Below are positions 14,000 through 27,519 of a DNA stretch of 64,000 nt, piece after piece. Each line of letters opens with the position of its first letter. Position 1 is the stretch's first letter. Source of the DNA: Isurus oxyrinchus (taxonomy: Eukaryota); assembly GCA_026770705.1 (NCBI GenBank), contig JANJGN010000013.1, positions 57,474,001-57,538,000 of the forward strand. The letters run 5' to 3'. Made by a program: the position numbers and the translations under genes. Below the pieces are notes generated by a model, which saw only the letters and a program-made list of their open reading frames with translations, did not search any database and was not told the origin of the DNA.

Positions 14000-16705
14000 T
14001 CTTAAACATAGACATAGAAAATAGGAGCAGGAGTAGGCCATTCAGCCCGTCGAGCTGCTCCATCATTCATTATGACCATGGCTGATCATCCAACTCAATA
14101 GCTTGCTCCCGTTTTCTCCACATGTCCTTTGATCCTTTTTGCCCCAAGAGCTATATCTAACACCTTCTTGAAAACATACAATGTTTTGGCCTCAACTACT
14201 TTCTGCGGTAGCGAATTCCACAGGCTCACCACTCTCTGGGTGAAGAAATTTCTCCTCATCTCAGTCCTAAATGGTCTACCCCGTATCCTCAGACTGAGAC
14301 CCCTGGTTCTGGACTCCCCCACCATTGGGATCATCCTTCCTGCACCTACCTAGTCTAGTTCTGTTAGCATTTTATAGGTTTATATGAGGTCCCCCCTCAT
14401 TCTTCTGAACTCCAGCAATTATAATCCTAACTGACTCAATCTTTCTTCATGTGTCAGTCCCGTCATCCCAGGAATCAGTCTGGTAAACCTTTGCTGCAGT
14501 CACTCAATAGCAAGAATATCCTTCCTCAGATAAGAAGACAATATTTCAGGTGTGGTCTCACCAAGGCCCTGTATAATTGCAGCAAGACATCCCTGTTCCT
14601 GTACTCGAATCCTCTCATCATGAAGGCCAACATACCATTTGCCTTCTTTATCGTCTGTTGCACCTGCATGCTTACCTGGTGTACGAGGACACCCAGGTCC
14701 CGTTGCACATTCCCCTGTCTCAATTTATAGCCATTCGGAAATAATCTGCCTTCCTATTTTTGCTACCAAAGTGGATAACCTCACATTTATCCACATTATA
14801 CTGCATCTGCCATGCATTTGCCCGCTCACTCAGCTTGTCCAAATCACACTGAAGCATCTCTGCATCCTCCTCACAGCTCACCCTCTCACCCAGCTTTGTG
14901 TCATCTGCAAATTTGGAGATATTATGTTTAGTTCCCTCATCTAAATCATTAATATATATTGTGAATAGCTGGGGTCCCAGCACCGATCCCTGTGGTACCC
15001 CACTAGTCACTGCCTGCCATTCGGAAAAAGACACATTTATTTCTACTGTTTGTTTCCTACTAGTTACATTCTCTCAAAATTCCAGTAGATTTGTCAAGCA
15101 TGATTTCCCTTTCGTAAATCCATGCTGACTCTGTCTGATTCTGCCACTGTTTTCCAAGTGCTCAGCTATTAAATCTTTTATAATGGACTGTAGAATTTTC
15201 CCCACTACCAACTGACTCAGGCTGGTCTATAATTCCCTATTTTCTCTCTACCTCCCTTTTTTAAATAGTGGAGTTACATGAGCTACCCTCCAATCTGTAG
15301 GAAATGTTCCAGAATCTATAGAATCTCAGAAGATGACCACCAATGCATCCACTATTTCTAGGGCCACTTCATTAAGTACTCTGGAATGTAGATTATTAGG
15401 CCCTGGGGATTTATCAGCCTTCAATCCCATCAATTTCCGCAACACTATTTCCCTACTAATACTGATTTCTTTCAGTTCCTCCCTCTCACTAAATCTTGTG
15501 TTCCCCAAAATTTCTGGTATGTTATTTGTGTCCTCCTTTGTGAAGACAGAATGTATTTAGTTGGTCAGCCATTTCTTTGTTCCCCATTATAAATTCCCCT
15601 GTTTCTGATTGTAAGGGACCTACATTTGCCTTCACCAATCTTTTTCTCTATACCTATAGAAACTTTTACAGTCAGCTTTTATGTTCCCCGCAAGCTTACT
15701 TTCGTACTCTATTTTCCCCTTTTTAATCAATCCCTTGGTCATCTGTTGAATTCTAAAGCGCTCCCAATCCTCAGGTCTGTTGTTTTTTCTGGCCAATTTG
15801 TATGCCTTTTCCTTGGATCTAATACAATCACTAATTTCCCTTGTAAGCCATGGTTTGGCCACCTTTCCTATTTTACTTTTGCGCCTGACAGGAATAAACA
15901 ATTATTGCAGTTTGCCCATGCACTCTTTGAATGTTTGCCATTGCTTATCCACCATCACCTCTTTAAATAACATTTCCCAATCCATCATAGCCAACTTGCA
16001 CCTCATACCATCGTAGTTTCCTTTAGTAAGATTCAGGACCCTAGTCTCAGAATCAACTATGTCACTCTCCATCTTGATGAAGAATTCTATCATATTATGG
16101 TTGTTCATCCCCATGGATCCTCGCACAACTAGATTGCCAATTATTCCTTTCTCATTACACAATACCCAGTCGAGGATGGCCTGTTCTCGATGTTGGTTCC
16201 TCAACATATTGGTCCAGAAACCCATCCCATAAACACTCCAGGAATTCCTCCTCTACGGTATTGTTACTAATTTGATTTGCCCAATCTATATGCAGATTAA
16301 AGTCACCCATAATTACAGATGTTCCTTTATTTCATGCGTCTCTAATTTCCTGTTTAATGCCATTCCCAACATCACCACCACAGGTTGGGGGTCCATTTGC
16401 AACCCCCACTAATTTTTTTGCCCCTTAGTGTTTCTCAGCTCTACTCATACAGATTCCACATCATCGGAGCTAATATCTTTCCTCACTATTGTGTTAATTT
16501 CCTCTTTAACCAACAATGCAACTCCACCACCTTTTCCTTTTTGTCTGTCCTTCCTAAATACTGAATACCCCTGGATATTCAGTTCCCATCCCTGGTCACC
16601 CTGCAGCCATGTCTCTGAAATCCCGACTATATCATATCTGTTTACATCTATTTGCGCGATTAATTCATCCACTTTATTGCGAATGCTCCTTGCATTAAGG
16701 CACAA
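14000..16705 (-). mobile_element. CR1 LINE spanning most of ORF2 (APE endonuclease to 3' UTR), broken by stops and deletions
   Basis: Consecutive ORFs LCLNARSIRNKVDEL..ISETW, ILDWVL, KPWLT, DKSPGP, SGVPQGSVLGPQLF..KFADDTKLG, LVRPHL, FFTQRVVSLWNSLP. Confidence 0.95.
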
Positions 16706-17809
16706 CCATCTTATCATGGGGTATTGTATAAAAGGGAAAGAAAGTCAATATAATGAAAAGTTCTTCAAACGATCCATATACATTACATTATGGTTAATGA
16801 AATAACCAACAGAAATTGTGATTTCTGCGGTGAGTCACTACATTGCTGCTTTACCACTTTACTTATTCACAATTCTATTGAAGAAACTGGCAGTGAGTCA
16901 CCATGTTTTGGGGATAAAGAGAATAGCTGATACAGCTTGATGGAAATCCCCCAATATAGTAATGAGCATTGCAGTTTTACTTTCATCATATCCTCCAACC
17001 CCTTGGTATCAGCATGATAAAGGAAGCATGCTTACTAATATCCTGACTGAGTGGTAAAGCACTATTCCTTGCCAGTGGGGTTGCTGTAGCTCTACTTATT
17101 ATGCTGGCTATTGTTCTTTTCTCTCAGTTTTGACAGTGGTCAGATTTCTTCCATGTCAGAGATCTGCTTTATGCAGGACACTGCTCTGTGTAATGTTTAT
17201 GGTCTTTGTTTTCTTTTTACATTTGTTTAATGAAAAAGGTTCTTCTATTGTGGAGATTGGTTTGTAATGAAGTTTTGTATTTAGTCCTATTCTGATGTGA
17301 TTGCGGTCTGAAGGAGTTCAGGTTAACATTTGACAGAGGAAATGAGAGGAATCATATGATGTTCTTGTTCATTTAAAGTAGCTTTTAATATATTTTAATA
17401 GGATATGTCAATTGAATATAACTTTGTTTTGTAAGTATTACTTTGACTAAAGCAATATCTTCCACTAAAGTACACTAATCCTGTCAATGATTTGTTATTT
17501 GACAGCATCAGCATGTTGCAATATGTTTCTGAGGTTGGACAAACACTGCACCAAAATGGTCCAAAAATGCATTTAAGTTCTAATTTGAGAACATCACTTT
17601 GCATCTATGCAGCATCTTTAACATAGAAAAACCTCCCAAGGCACTTCACAGAGACAAAATTAAAAATAGGGGTGCAAGCAAAGTGTGAGCTAAAGGGAAG
17701 AATGATCAGAAACTTGTAGTTGAAGAGATTGGCTGTAATGCACATTATAAAGGAGAAGAGGGAGGCTGAGAAATGAAATATTTGCAACAATTTAAACTGC
17801 AGGACATGT

Positions 17810-18550
17810 TTAAAAGAATTACGCTAGAGCCTCAACCCTCAACTTGAGGTGGCTGTGGTGGGGAAGAGACCGTTTTTCACCTCCTTGTGGAATTTGCCTT
17901 TGCAAAGAAGGTCTGGAGACAGATGCAGTGGTTTTTGTCGAGGTTCATCCTGAGCAACGCAGTGACACAGGACTCTGTGCTCTGCAGGCTGTTGCCAGAG
18001 ACACACACTGAGACAAATATCAACTGCAGCTGGAGTATCATCAACACTCTTTGGTCTGCCCGTAACTTGTTGGTCTTCCAGTGCAAAGAGTTGTCCCCCA
18101 CTGACTGTTGCAGACTGGCACATTCCAAGGTCCAGGACTACATGCTGAGGAACAAGCTAAAGTTTGGGGCAGCTGCTGCAAAGGCGCAATGGGGAAAGGT
18201 CGCTGTCTAAGACCTTTCTGCCATAGTGCACCGAGGGCCTGGGAAAGGTATAGACCCCTCAGGCTGTAGGACTCACAAAGATTGTATGCAGTGAATGCTA
18301 AAAGTATCATAATTGTATTGAAGCACCTCAGAGTGCAACATGAAGTATGTCGATAACTCCAATACCATTGCATTGTCTGACTGTCTGTAATGATCATATT
18401 GAAATGATTGTAATATTCATCGATTGTATTGAAGCACCTTGTGATCCATGTGTAAAAGTTGAATATGATTGCACTTTTTGTGATGGCCATTTAGAAATGT
18501 TTCTAATGTTCTTTCAGATATTTTATGAATAAAGTATATTTTTCCAAAAG
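17810..18550 (+). mobile_element. Tx1/L1-clade LINE 3' end (zf-RVT region)
   Basis: CGGEETVFHLL..FAKKVW..LWSARNLLVF, followed by a 3' UTR ending aataaagtatattttt. Confidence 0.8.
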
Positions 18551-18758
18551 AAACCTTCAACTTCCTCAGTCTGTGTCTCGACACCTGCTACCACCTTTCA
18601 GATGATGGCTCCTCTTTGGGTGAGATGTAATTTAAGAAAATAAAAAAAGTAAAATAAGAAAAGTAAATAAACCCTTTTCATTCTTTATTTTTCATACCCT
18701 ATACTTTATTTTATGCATTATAAGTACATGCTAAGCCTAGAATCCAAAACTCGTAAAA

Positions 18759-18812
18759 TCACCAATCCGACACACATCCGGTCTCGAGCTTCCCGGATGC
18801 AGGGTATGGTTC
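18759..18812 (-). CDS. Candidate short terminal cytoplasmic exon
   Basis: Acceptor tttcatttgttactacag|, phase 0, EPYPASGKLETGCVSDW*. AATAAA on the minus strand at 18710-18705 and 18689-18684. Confidence 0.3.
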   Translation of the reverse strand, partial: EPYPASGKLETGCVSDW

Positions 18813-19595
18813 CTGTAGTAACAAATGAAATACTTAGTAGGAGGGATACACATTAATTTATTCATTCAGTGGCAACAGCTATTTAGGTGGGCAGATTATT
18901 TATTTACCTAAGAATACATTGTTAGAAATATATTTCTTTCTGGACTGCTTGTTTTTTATTTTTTAGTTTTATCAATTAATATTGCAACAAGAGATGTTAT
19001 TTTATTTTTAATAATTTTTAACATTTTTATTTTTAATATTTTTAACTTTGAGCTTTTTAAGCACTGTTACTCAAGCATCAATACCTGCAGATCAACAGCA
19101 CACTAATTTATTTCTGTGCCACATTTCTTACCTTTTTAAGATCCATTTTGTACTGCTATTTGAGGGACTTGAGCCACCGGTTTAATGTAAATGTGTTCAT
19201 GACTGCCAAGCGCAATGAATAACATGATACAGAAAAAGTGAATAAGATATAAAGAAAGAAGGAAGGAAAGAAAGTATAGAAAAGAAATGAGAATGGCACT
19301 CAGAGAGAGTGAGAAATAATGAGATGGTGACTACAGAACATATGCGAGAGCCACATAGAGATAGAAGGAGAGAGAACCAGAAAGAGGGAAAGGCAGAATT
19401 AAAAATATGGCTGAGGGAGACATGAGGGATGAGACACACAGTGAGACACATTAACAATAAAAAAGAGACTTTTCTGTCCATTTCTCACACAAAATCAACC
19501 AGTTATTGTTTCATTAATGTCCTTTAGGGAAGGAAATCTGCTGTCCTTACCTGGTCTGACTTACATGTGACTTCAGACCCATATCAATGTTGTTG

Positions 19596-21246
19596 GGCCC
19601 CAGCTATGCCTGTCTCTTTATGGGGTATGTGGAACATTCTTTGTTGCAGTCCTACTCCGGCCCCCTTCCACAACTTTTTCTCCGGTACATCGATGATTAC
19701 TTCGGTGCCGCTTCATGCTCTCATCGGGACTTGGAAAAATTTATTAATTTTGCTTCCAATCTCCACCCTGCCATCATTTTCACGTGGTCCATCTCTGACA
19801 CTTCCCTTCCCTTCCTTGACCTCTCTGTCTCAATCTCTGGTGATAGACTGTCCACCAATATCCATTACAAACCCACCGACTCCCACAGCTACCTCGACTA
19901 CAGCTCCTCACATCCCGCTTCCTGTAAGGACTCCATCCCATTCTCCCAGTTCCTTCGCCTTCGTCGCATCTGTTCCGATGATGCTACCTTCAAAAACGGT
20001 TCCTCTGACATGTCCTCCTTCTTCCTTAACCGAGGTTTTCCACCCACGGTCGTTGACAGGGCCCTCAACCGTGTCCGGCCCATCTCCCGCGCATCCGCCC
20101 TCACGCCTTCTCCTCCCTCCCAGAAACATGATAGGGTCCCCCTTGTCCTCACTTATCACCCCACCAGCCTCCGCATTCAAAGGATCATCCTCCGCCATTT
20201 CCGCCAACTCCAGCATGATGCCACCACCAAACACATCTTCCCTTCACCCCCCTTATCGGCATTCCGTAGGGATCGCTCCCTCCGGGACACCCTGGTCCAC
20301 TCCTCCATCACCCCCTACTCCTCAACCCCCTCCTATGGCACCACCCCATGCCCACGCAAAAGATGTAACACCTGCCCCTTCACTTCCTCTCTCCTCACCG
20401 TCCAAGGGCCCAAACACTCCTTTCAAGTGAAGCAGCATTTCACTTGCATTTCCCCCAACTTAGTCTACTGCATTCGTTGCTCCCAATGTGGTCTCCTCTA
20501 CATTGGAGAGACCAAACGTAAACTGGGCGACCGCTTTGCAGAACACCTGCGGTCTGTCCGCAAGAATGACCCAAACCTCCCTGTCGCTTGCCATTTTAAC
20601 ACTCCACCCTGCTCTCTTGCCCACATGTCTGTCCTTGGCTTGCTGCATTGTTCCAGTGAAGCCCAACGCAAACTGTAGGAACAACACCTCATCTTCCGAC
20701 TAGGCACCTTACAGCCTTCTGGTCTGAATATTGAATTCAACAACTTTAGGTCGTGAGCTCCCTCCTCCATCCCCACCCCCTTTCTGTTTCCCCCTTTTTC
20801 CTTTTTTTTCCCTATAAATTTTATAGATTTTTCTTTTCCCACCTATTTCCATTATTTTTAAATATTTTAAAATCTTTTATGCTCCCCCCACCCCCACTAG
20901 AGCTGTACCTTGAGTGCCCTACCATCCATTCTTAATTAGCACATTCGTTTAGATAATATCACCAACTTTAACTTTAACACCTATGTGTTCTTTTGTACCA
21001 TTGTTGCTGACATCTTTTGATGATCTGCTTCTATCACTGCTTGTTTGTCTACACAACCACCTCTCTCTCTCTCTATCTCTCCGCCCCCCCCACACACACA
21101 CACCTTAAACCAGCTTATATTTCAACTCTTTCTTGGACTCGAAATCAAGTTCTGTCGAAGGGTCATGAGGACTCGAAAGGTCAACTCTTTTCTTCTCCGC
21201 CGATGCTGCCAGACCTGCTGAGTTTTTCCAGGTAATTCTGTTTTTG
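19596..21246 (+). mobile_element. Penelope-like element, 5'-truncated (RT C-terminal half, GIY-YIG endonuclease, terminal region)
   Basis: ORF 19587..20678: GPSYACLFM..RYIDD..FLDL..YKPTD..VYCIRC..LYIGET, with one premature TAG at 20676. 8-bp TSD tgttgttg (19588-95 and 21247-54). Inserted in a SINE. Confidence 0.95.
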
Positions 21247-21833
21247 TGTTGTTGATTTTTGTCCCTTTGAAATGGCTGAGCAAGTCACTCAGCTGTGCCA
21301 ACAGCTACAGAAAAATCAAATAGGAAGATGACTGGATGGGCCGTGTGGCACCAATCTAATCACAGTCTATTTTAGAATAATTGCAATCAGCCATTATCAC
21401 TGCTTTAAGGTCATTGTTTCTGCAATTTGCCTGCAAATATGTTCCTCTATCTTTTTCCCACTATTTGGTGGCCTATAGCAAACATCCAGCAGTGTAATAT
21501 CTCCTCTCTTATTCCTTAATTTTCACCAAATGGGACATCCATTTTCTTTGTAATGGCGAATAGATGCAGTAATACGTGTAATTTCACATCTGAATTCCAG
21601 GTACCTCCATGGAGGAAATTCCAAGGTTAAAAAGGGTCAAAGAGTTGGTTCCTGGCTCTGTTGCACTGTTGGCATCTTGCCTTATTTTGACTTTCCAATA
21701 GATGGCAGTGTGGAGTTACAGCTGGCTAGTTGAAGTTGTTGGTTGTTAGATTTGTTGTTAGTTGTTGGTTGTGGATTTGCAATGAAAGTGCTTCTGTTTC
21801 TGTTTTTGCTGTGTCAGCATCACAGACTGATAC

Positions 21834-21940
21834 CTGTATTCTGCCAACATTTATATGGATAGCACTAGCAAAACCGGGCATGACTGCTAAAATTGTAGTC
21901 CTGATTAGTGCTTGAACTATGTTTGTTAGATTGTGGTTTG
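21834..21940 (-). CDS. Candidate TM-like exon with an intramembrane Arg (activating-receptor type)
   Basis: Acceptor tttctttgttaacag|, 107 nt, phase 1 in and 0 out, donor CAG|GTATCA. Translation (A)NHNLTNIVQALIRTTILAVMPGFASAIHINVGRIQ. It lies in unique sequence, but hydrophobicity is only moderate. Confidence 0.35.
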
Positions 21941-22496
21941 CTGTTAACAAAGAAATTAACTGTGCAGTTTGGGGAAATTAAGTAAGGAACAACCCAGTTC
22001 CACGTTGTATGAACAAAAGTGTATGACCAGTGAAAATTAACCAGGAGTCATGATGGACTGATTAATTCTTCTCTAAAACAGAGGGGTATGTTTGATGCGC
22101 TTTAATCCATTCTTTACTAATATCAGTCTGTGTGATCGAAAATGTCTTAAATTATTTTAAAAAGTTGTACAATTGTTAAGAGTTAGCTGGTTCGTTAAAG
22201 CAGCCCACTGAGAAAATTAACCATTCTTGGGGCGATCTTTCTGCTGTGCTTACTAGGCACCAAAACCAGACATACATTTATAAAGAAAAGGTTTATGGTT
22301 TTGCTACACCAAGAGCAAAGAGGAATCCTCTGTTTACAGCAGCCTTGCGGCAAAAGTGAATTTGTTGACGACCAGCCACATAAACATACATGTAGATTGT
22401 GCTGTGAGGCAAAATAGTGCATAGAAAAATCTATTTGAATCATTCAGTGTTGGTAATTCTTATGAATTTTGAAAAGGAAATTAATGAATAATGAAA

Positions 22497-22736
22497 CAAA
22501 AACAAAAATAGCTGGAGAAACTCAGCAGACCTGACAGCATCTGTGGAGAGGAAGACAGAGTTAACGTTTCGAGTCCGTGTGACTCTTCACCAGAAAATAT
22601 GGATGTACAGAGTCATACGGACTCAAAACGTTAACTCCGTCTTCCTCTCCACAGATGCTGTCAGACCTGCTGAGTTTTTCCAGCTATTTTTGTTTTTGTT
22701 TCAGATTTCCAGCATCTGCAGTATTTTGCTTTTATC
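22497..22736. mobile_element. Palindromic Penelope-terminus mini-element (older subfamily)
   Basis: Two inverted copies of the terminal ~95 nt. 16-bp TSD ttaatgaataatgaaa. Confidence 0.85.
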
Positions 22737-22951
22737 TTAATGAATAATGAAATGAATCCAACTACGGAAGCCTCCTGTCTCCCCAAAGCCTGTCCACCAT
22801 CTACAAGGCACAAATCAGGAGTGTGATGGAATACTCCCCACTTGCTTGGACTGTAGCTCCAGCAACACTCAAGAAGCTCAACACCATAAAGCAACCTGCC
22901 TGGCGCCCCATCTGCCACCTTATCATTCACTCCCTCCAGCACTGACACATA

Positions 22952-23661
22952 GGGTTTAATTATGCCCTTGATGGGTGGGCGGGCCCGACCGACTCGGCAG
23001 CAGACGAGCAGCTGATCGCTGCCTCTGAAACGGGCTCTACCGCCATTTTACATAGGCGGGCCAATTAAGGCCCATCCAGCGTGATGCCCGACGGGAAGTG
23101 CTACGCGCTTCCTGTGTGTGGGGGGGGGGGGTTCCTCCAACTGCAAGAGTGCGCTCTTTCGCACATGCGCACGAAAGAATGCATATCTCCCTGAGGCTAT
23201 GTGCTGCTTCAGGGAGATTGCTGAAAGGTTGTGAAAGTTGAAAAATAGAAAAATTTAAAAATCATTAACATGCCCCCCTCATGTGAAAATGTCACACGAG
23301 ATGGGACATGTTAATAAAGTCCACAAAAACTTTATTAATCTTTTTAAAATCCGAAATCAAACCTCATCCTGCCAGTGGATGAGGTTTGTTAAAAATCACA
23401 TACCTGCCTGCCTGTTGGGCCCGTGCGTTGAGCCAAAGTTTGCACAGGCCCCTCAAAATCAAAGTCAATTGCTGACTTAATGGCCTTAACAAGGCCTTTA
23501 ATTAAAGGCGGGCACACGTCGAGCTGCATAGCGTGCCCACCGACCTAAACAATGCAATGCCGCGCGCTGATGTCAGGACGCTTGCGCGATGTCAGTACGC
23601 AACATTTTAAGTGCTGATGTGCGGGCTCCACCACCCGCACGTCAGCCAGAAAATTCAGCCC
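22952..23661. mobile_element. PIF/Harbinger-type MITE
   Basis: TIRs gggtttaatt / aattcagccc and a 3-bp TSD ata. It splits the LINE at cac-ata-gtggcagcag. A related copy lies at ~24505-25136. Confidence 0.7.
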
Positions 23662-23949
23662 ATAGTGGCAGCAGTGTATATATACCGTATACCAGATGCG
23701 CTGCAGCAACTCGTCAAACCTCCTTCAAAAGCATTTTCCAAATCTGCAACCTCTATTACCTAGAAGGACAAGGGCAGCAGACAGATGGGAACACCACCAC
23801 CTGGAAAATCCCCTCCAAGCCACACACCATCCTGATTTGGAACCATATTGATGTTCCTTCACTGTCACTGGATCAAAATCTTGGAACTCCCTTCCTAACA
23901 GCATTGTAGGTGTACCAACACCAGATGGACTGCAGCAGCTCAAGAAGGC

Positions 23950-24270
23950 AAAGTATTGTCACTGGACTAACAATCTAGAGACCCAAGGTAATACGCTGGT
24001 GACCCGGGTTTGACCACCAATGGCAGATGGTAGAATTTGAATTCAATTTTTAAAAATCCAATGTTGATTGTTTTTAAAAAACTTTAAATAGTTCACTAAT
24101 GTCCTTTAGGGAAGGAAATCTGCCGTCCTTACCTGGTTGGGTCTACATGTGACTCCAGACACATAGCAATGTGGTTGACTCTTAAATGCCCACTGAACAA
24201 GGGCAATTAGGGATGGGCAATAAATGCTAGCCCAGCCAGTGACACCTACACCCTGAAAGAATAAAAATAG
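23950..24270 (+). mobile_element. tRNA-derived SINE with a LINE-derived 3' tail
   Basis: SINE head and core followed by gggcaattagggatgggcaataaatgct.., the same tail as the second LINE family. Confidence 0.7.
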
Positions 24271-24399
24271 CCCAACCCTCAAACTGGAAACCTAATTGCA
24301 AATGAATTGTTTTTATTGTTAAGTTGACTGCCACTTCATTTACATCAGTTGCTTGTGGGACATTAACTTTGTGGCAACTGTGAGGAGGACACATTTCAT

Positions 24400-26600
24400 A
24401 GATTAATAGAAATGTACCCCATGGGAGGAAGCCATTCAGCCCATCGAGTCTGCTGCCCAACTGACAAGTATCCATTCAGCCTAATCCCACTTTCCATCTC
24501 TTGGACCAGGCATGAAATGGCGAATGATGATGTTGGGCGAGCGTCCTGATGTCATTGCACACTCGCGCAATATTTTGGTTGGTGGGCGTGCATGAGAGTC
24601 AGCAGCATGCCCTCCGACAATTAAGAGGCTGATTAAGAGCTCATTAAGTAGATTTTTTCACTGGCCGCCCAACCTTATGGTTGGTGGGTGGGCGAATAGG
24701 CCAGGTGGCCTTTGCATTTTTTGCAAAACCTCATCCAGTGGCGGCATGAGGTTTCCAACAGTGAATTAAAAAAAAGATAAAGTTCTTTTGAACTCATTTT
24801 TAACATGTCCCTCTTCAAGTGGCTGAATCACATGTGGGAATGTGTTTATATTATTTATGAAATCTTCATTTTTCATTTAAAACATCTTCAACACCCTGAG
24901 GCAACTATGTGCCTTCAGGGAGCTTTCAGTGAGCACACCCCTGCACATGTGCAGTCTTCAGCCCTCGCACTCCTCCCATCCCCACCCGGCAGCACTGAGG
25001 CTCTGAACACATGTTTCACGTTGGCTGACTGTTAATGTGAAATCGCAGTTGGGACCCGATTGCGGGTGGTGGACCGTTTCGCTACTCCTGGGCCCGCGTC
25101 CTGTCGTGTCCACTTGACGAGGGGAATACTCTGCCCTTGGTCTGTAACCTTGTCTATTACTGCACTCCCAGTGCTTATCCAAGTACTTTTTCAATATTTT
25201 TTATGTTTCTGCCTCTACCTCCCTTTCAGGCAGTGAGCCCCAGATCCCCACCAGCCTCTGGATTAACAAATTTCCCTTCAAATCCCTTCTGAACCTCTCA
25301 TCTTTTACCCTAAATCTATGCCCTGGTTATGGACCCTTCAACCGAGACCCTTCCCATCCACTTAATCTAGACACCCCTCTTAATTTTGTACATCAATTAG
25401 CTGTCCACTCAGCCTCCTCTGTTCCATGAAAATAACCCTAGTCTATCCAATCTTTCCTCATATCTAAAACTCTCCAGTCCAGGCAACATCCTTGTAAATC
25501 TCCTCTCTCGTGCAATTACATTGTTCCTATTGCACAGTGACCAGAATTGCATGCAGTACGCCACCTGTGGCCTAACTGGTGCTTCTTATAGTTCCAATAT
25601 AGCCTCACTTCTCCCTTATTCAATGCTTCAGCTAATAAAGGCAAATATTCTGTACGCCTTCTTGTCCACCTTATCCAGCTGTCCAGCCACCTTCAGGGAA
25701 TCTGTAGACATGCACGCTAAGGTCCCTCTGTTCCTCTATACCTCAGTATCTAAACACTTATTATGAATTATCTTACCTGGTTTGCTTTCCCCAAATCCTC
25801 TGGATGGACCTCCATTTGCACTGTTCTGTCCACCTGACTAGTCCATCGATATCTTCCTGAAGCCTGCAGTTTTCTTTTCATTAACAATCACCCAGCCAAT
25901 GTTTGTATCATCTGCAAATTCCTTACTTATACCTCTGACATTCAAGTCCAAACCATTGACATTTACCATAAAAAGCAAGGGACTGAGTACTGAGCCCTTC
26001 AGAACCCTGATGGACCAGCTTACCAATCACCAAAACACCTATTGAGAATTGCACTTTGTTTCCTGTCCCTGAGACTATTTTGGATCCAATTTGTCAATTT
26101 GCATTAGATCCCATGGGCTCTTACTTTCATGACCATACTTGTCATGCAGGAACTCAGCAAAAGCCTTGCTAAAATCCATCTCGACTATCTCTAATGCACC
26201 ACCCTCAATGATCCTCTTTATTACCTCTGCAGAAAAATTAGTTAGGCATGACCTTCCCCAATTAAATGCATGCTGGCTGCCTTTGTTTAATCTGTGTCTT
26301 TCTAAATGAAGATTTATCCTGTCCCTCAGAGTTTTTTCCAATAGCTTCCCACGAGCGAGGATAGGCTGACTGACCTGCAATTACCCAGGTCTATTCTTTT
26401 CCCCCTTATAAACAATGGCACAACGTTGGTCCTCCAGTCCTCTGACATCATGCCTGTAGCCAGAAAGGAATGGAAATGATGGTCTGAACCGTTGCTATTT
26501 CTTCTCTTGCTTCCCTTAACAATGTAGGACACATTTAATCTGGGCCTAGGGATTTATGACTTTCAAAAATGTTAAATCCCTTAATAGTTCCTTTCTCGGT
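24400..26600 (-). mobile_element. Degenerate CR1 with a Harbinger-type MITE (~24505-25136) in its 3' end
   Basis: ORFs 25838..26026 (EFADDTNIG), 26075..26380 (MDFSKAF) and 26326..26532. Confidence 0.8.
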
Positions 26601-27519
26601 AATTTCTGACGTTGATTTACTTATTTAATATACTTACATTTCATAAAACAAATATATGCAAAAAAGAATCACATTTAACTGAGGTAATGCATTTTCTTTA
26701 GAAAAAAGAAACATACAATGTTGCATATTTCTTAATTTATTCTTTCACAGGGTGTTGGAACATCTATTGCCCATCCCTAATTGTACTGGAGAAGGTGGTG
26801 GTGAAATGCTGCAGCCATGTGGTGAAGGTACATGTTCTGTTACCAAGGGAGTTCCAGGATTTTGACCCAACAACAGTGAAGAAACAGCTAGGATAGCATG
26901 TGGCTTGGAGGGGAACTTGCAGGTGGTGGTGTTCCAGTGCATCTGCTGCCCTTGTGCCTCTAGGTGGTAGAGGCCACAGGTTTGGAAGTTGCTGTTGAAG
27001 GAGCCTTGGTGAATTGCTGCAGTGCATCTTGTATGTAGATGGTACACACTGCTGCCACTGTGCGTCAGTGGTGGAGGGAGTGAATGTTTAAGGTGGTGGA
27101 TGGGGTGCCAATCAAGTTGGCTGCTTTATCGTGAGTGGTGTTGAGTTTCTTGAGTGTTGTTGGAGCTGCACTCATCCAGGCAAGTGGAGAGCATTCCATC
27201 ACACCCTTGACTTGTGCCTTGTAAATGGTGGACAGGTTTTGGGAGTCAGGAGGTGAATTATTCGCTCCGGTATTCCCAGACCCTGACTTGTTCTTGTAGC
27301 TACAATAGCTAGCAAGTTTCTGGTGCGGTATTACTGAAATTACTAGGCTAAATTCTTGTTCATTCTAGCTGTTTTTAGCCAAACAGTTACCCTGTAATGT
27401 TCAAAACAAACTTGCATTAGTGCCTCTTAGTAGTTTTTCTAAATAAGGAGATATTAGGACAAGTGAACAACGCTTTAGACAGAGACAGACAGAATAAAAA
27501 TAGATGAGGAATAGCCCTG

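Noticed and set aside
17128-17238. Plus-strand TM-like exon (SALCRTLLCVMFMVFVFFLHLF)
   Set aside because: The hydrophobicity follows from a T-rich tract, the donor is weak (gttctt), and no partner exons were found.
19567-20430. Long Pro/Ser-rich ORF, and similar ones at 62834, 32473 and 4451
   Set aside because: These are alternative frames of Penelope or Harbinger sequence, or of low-complexity CT/G tracts.
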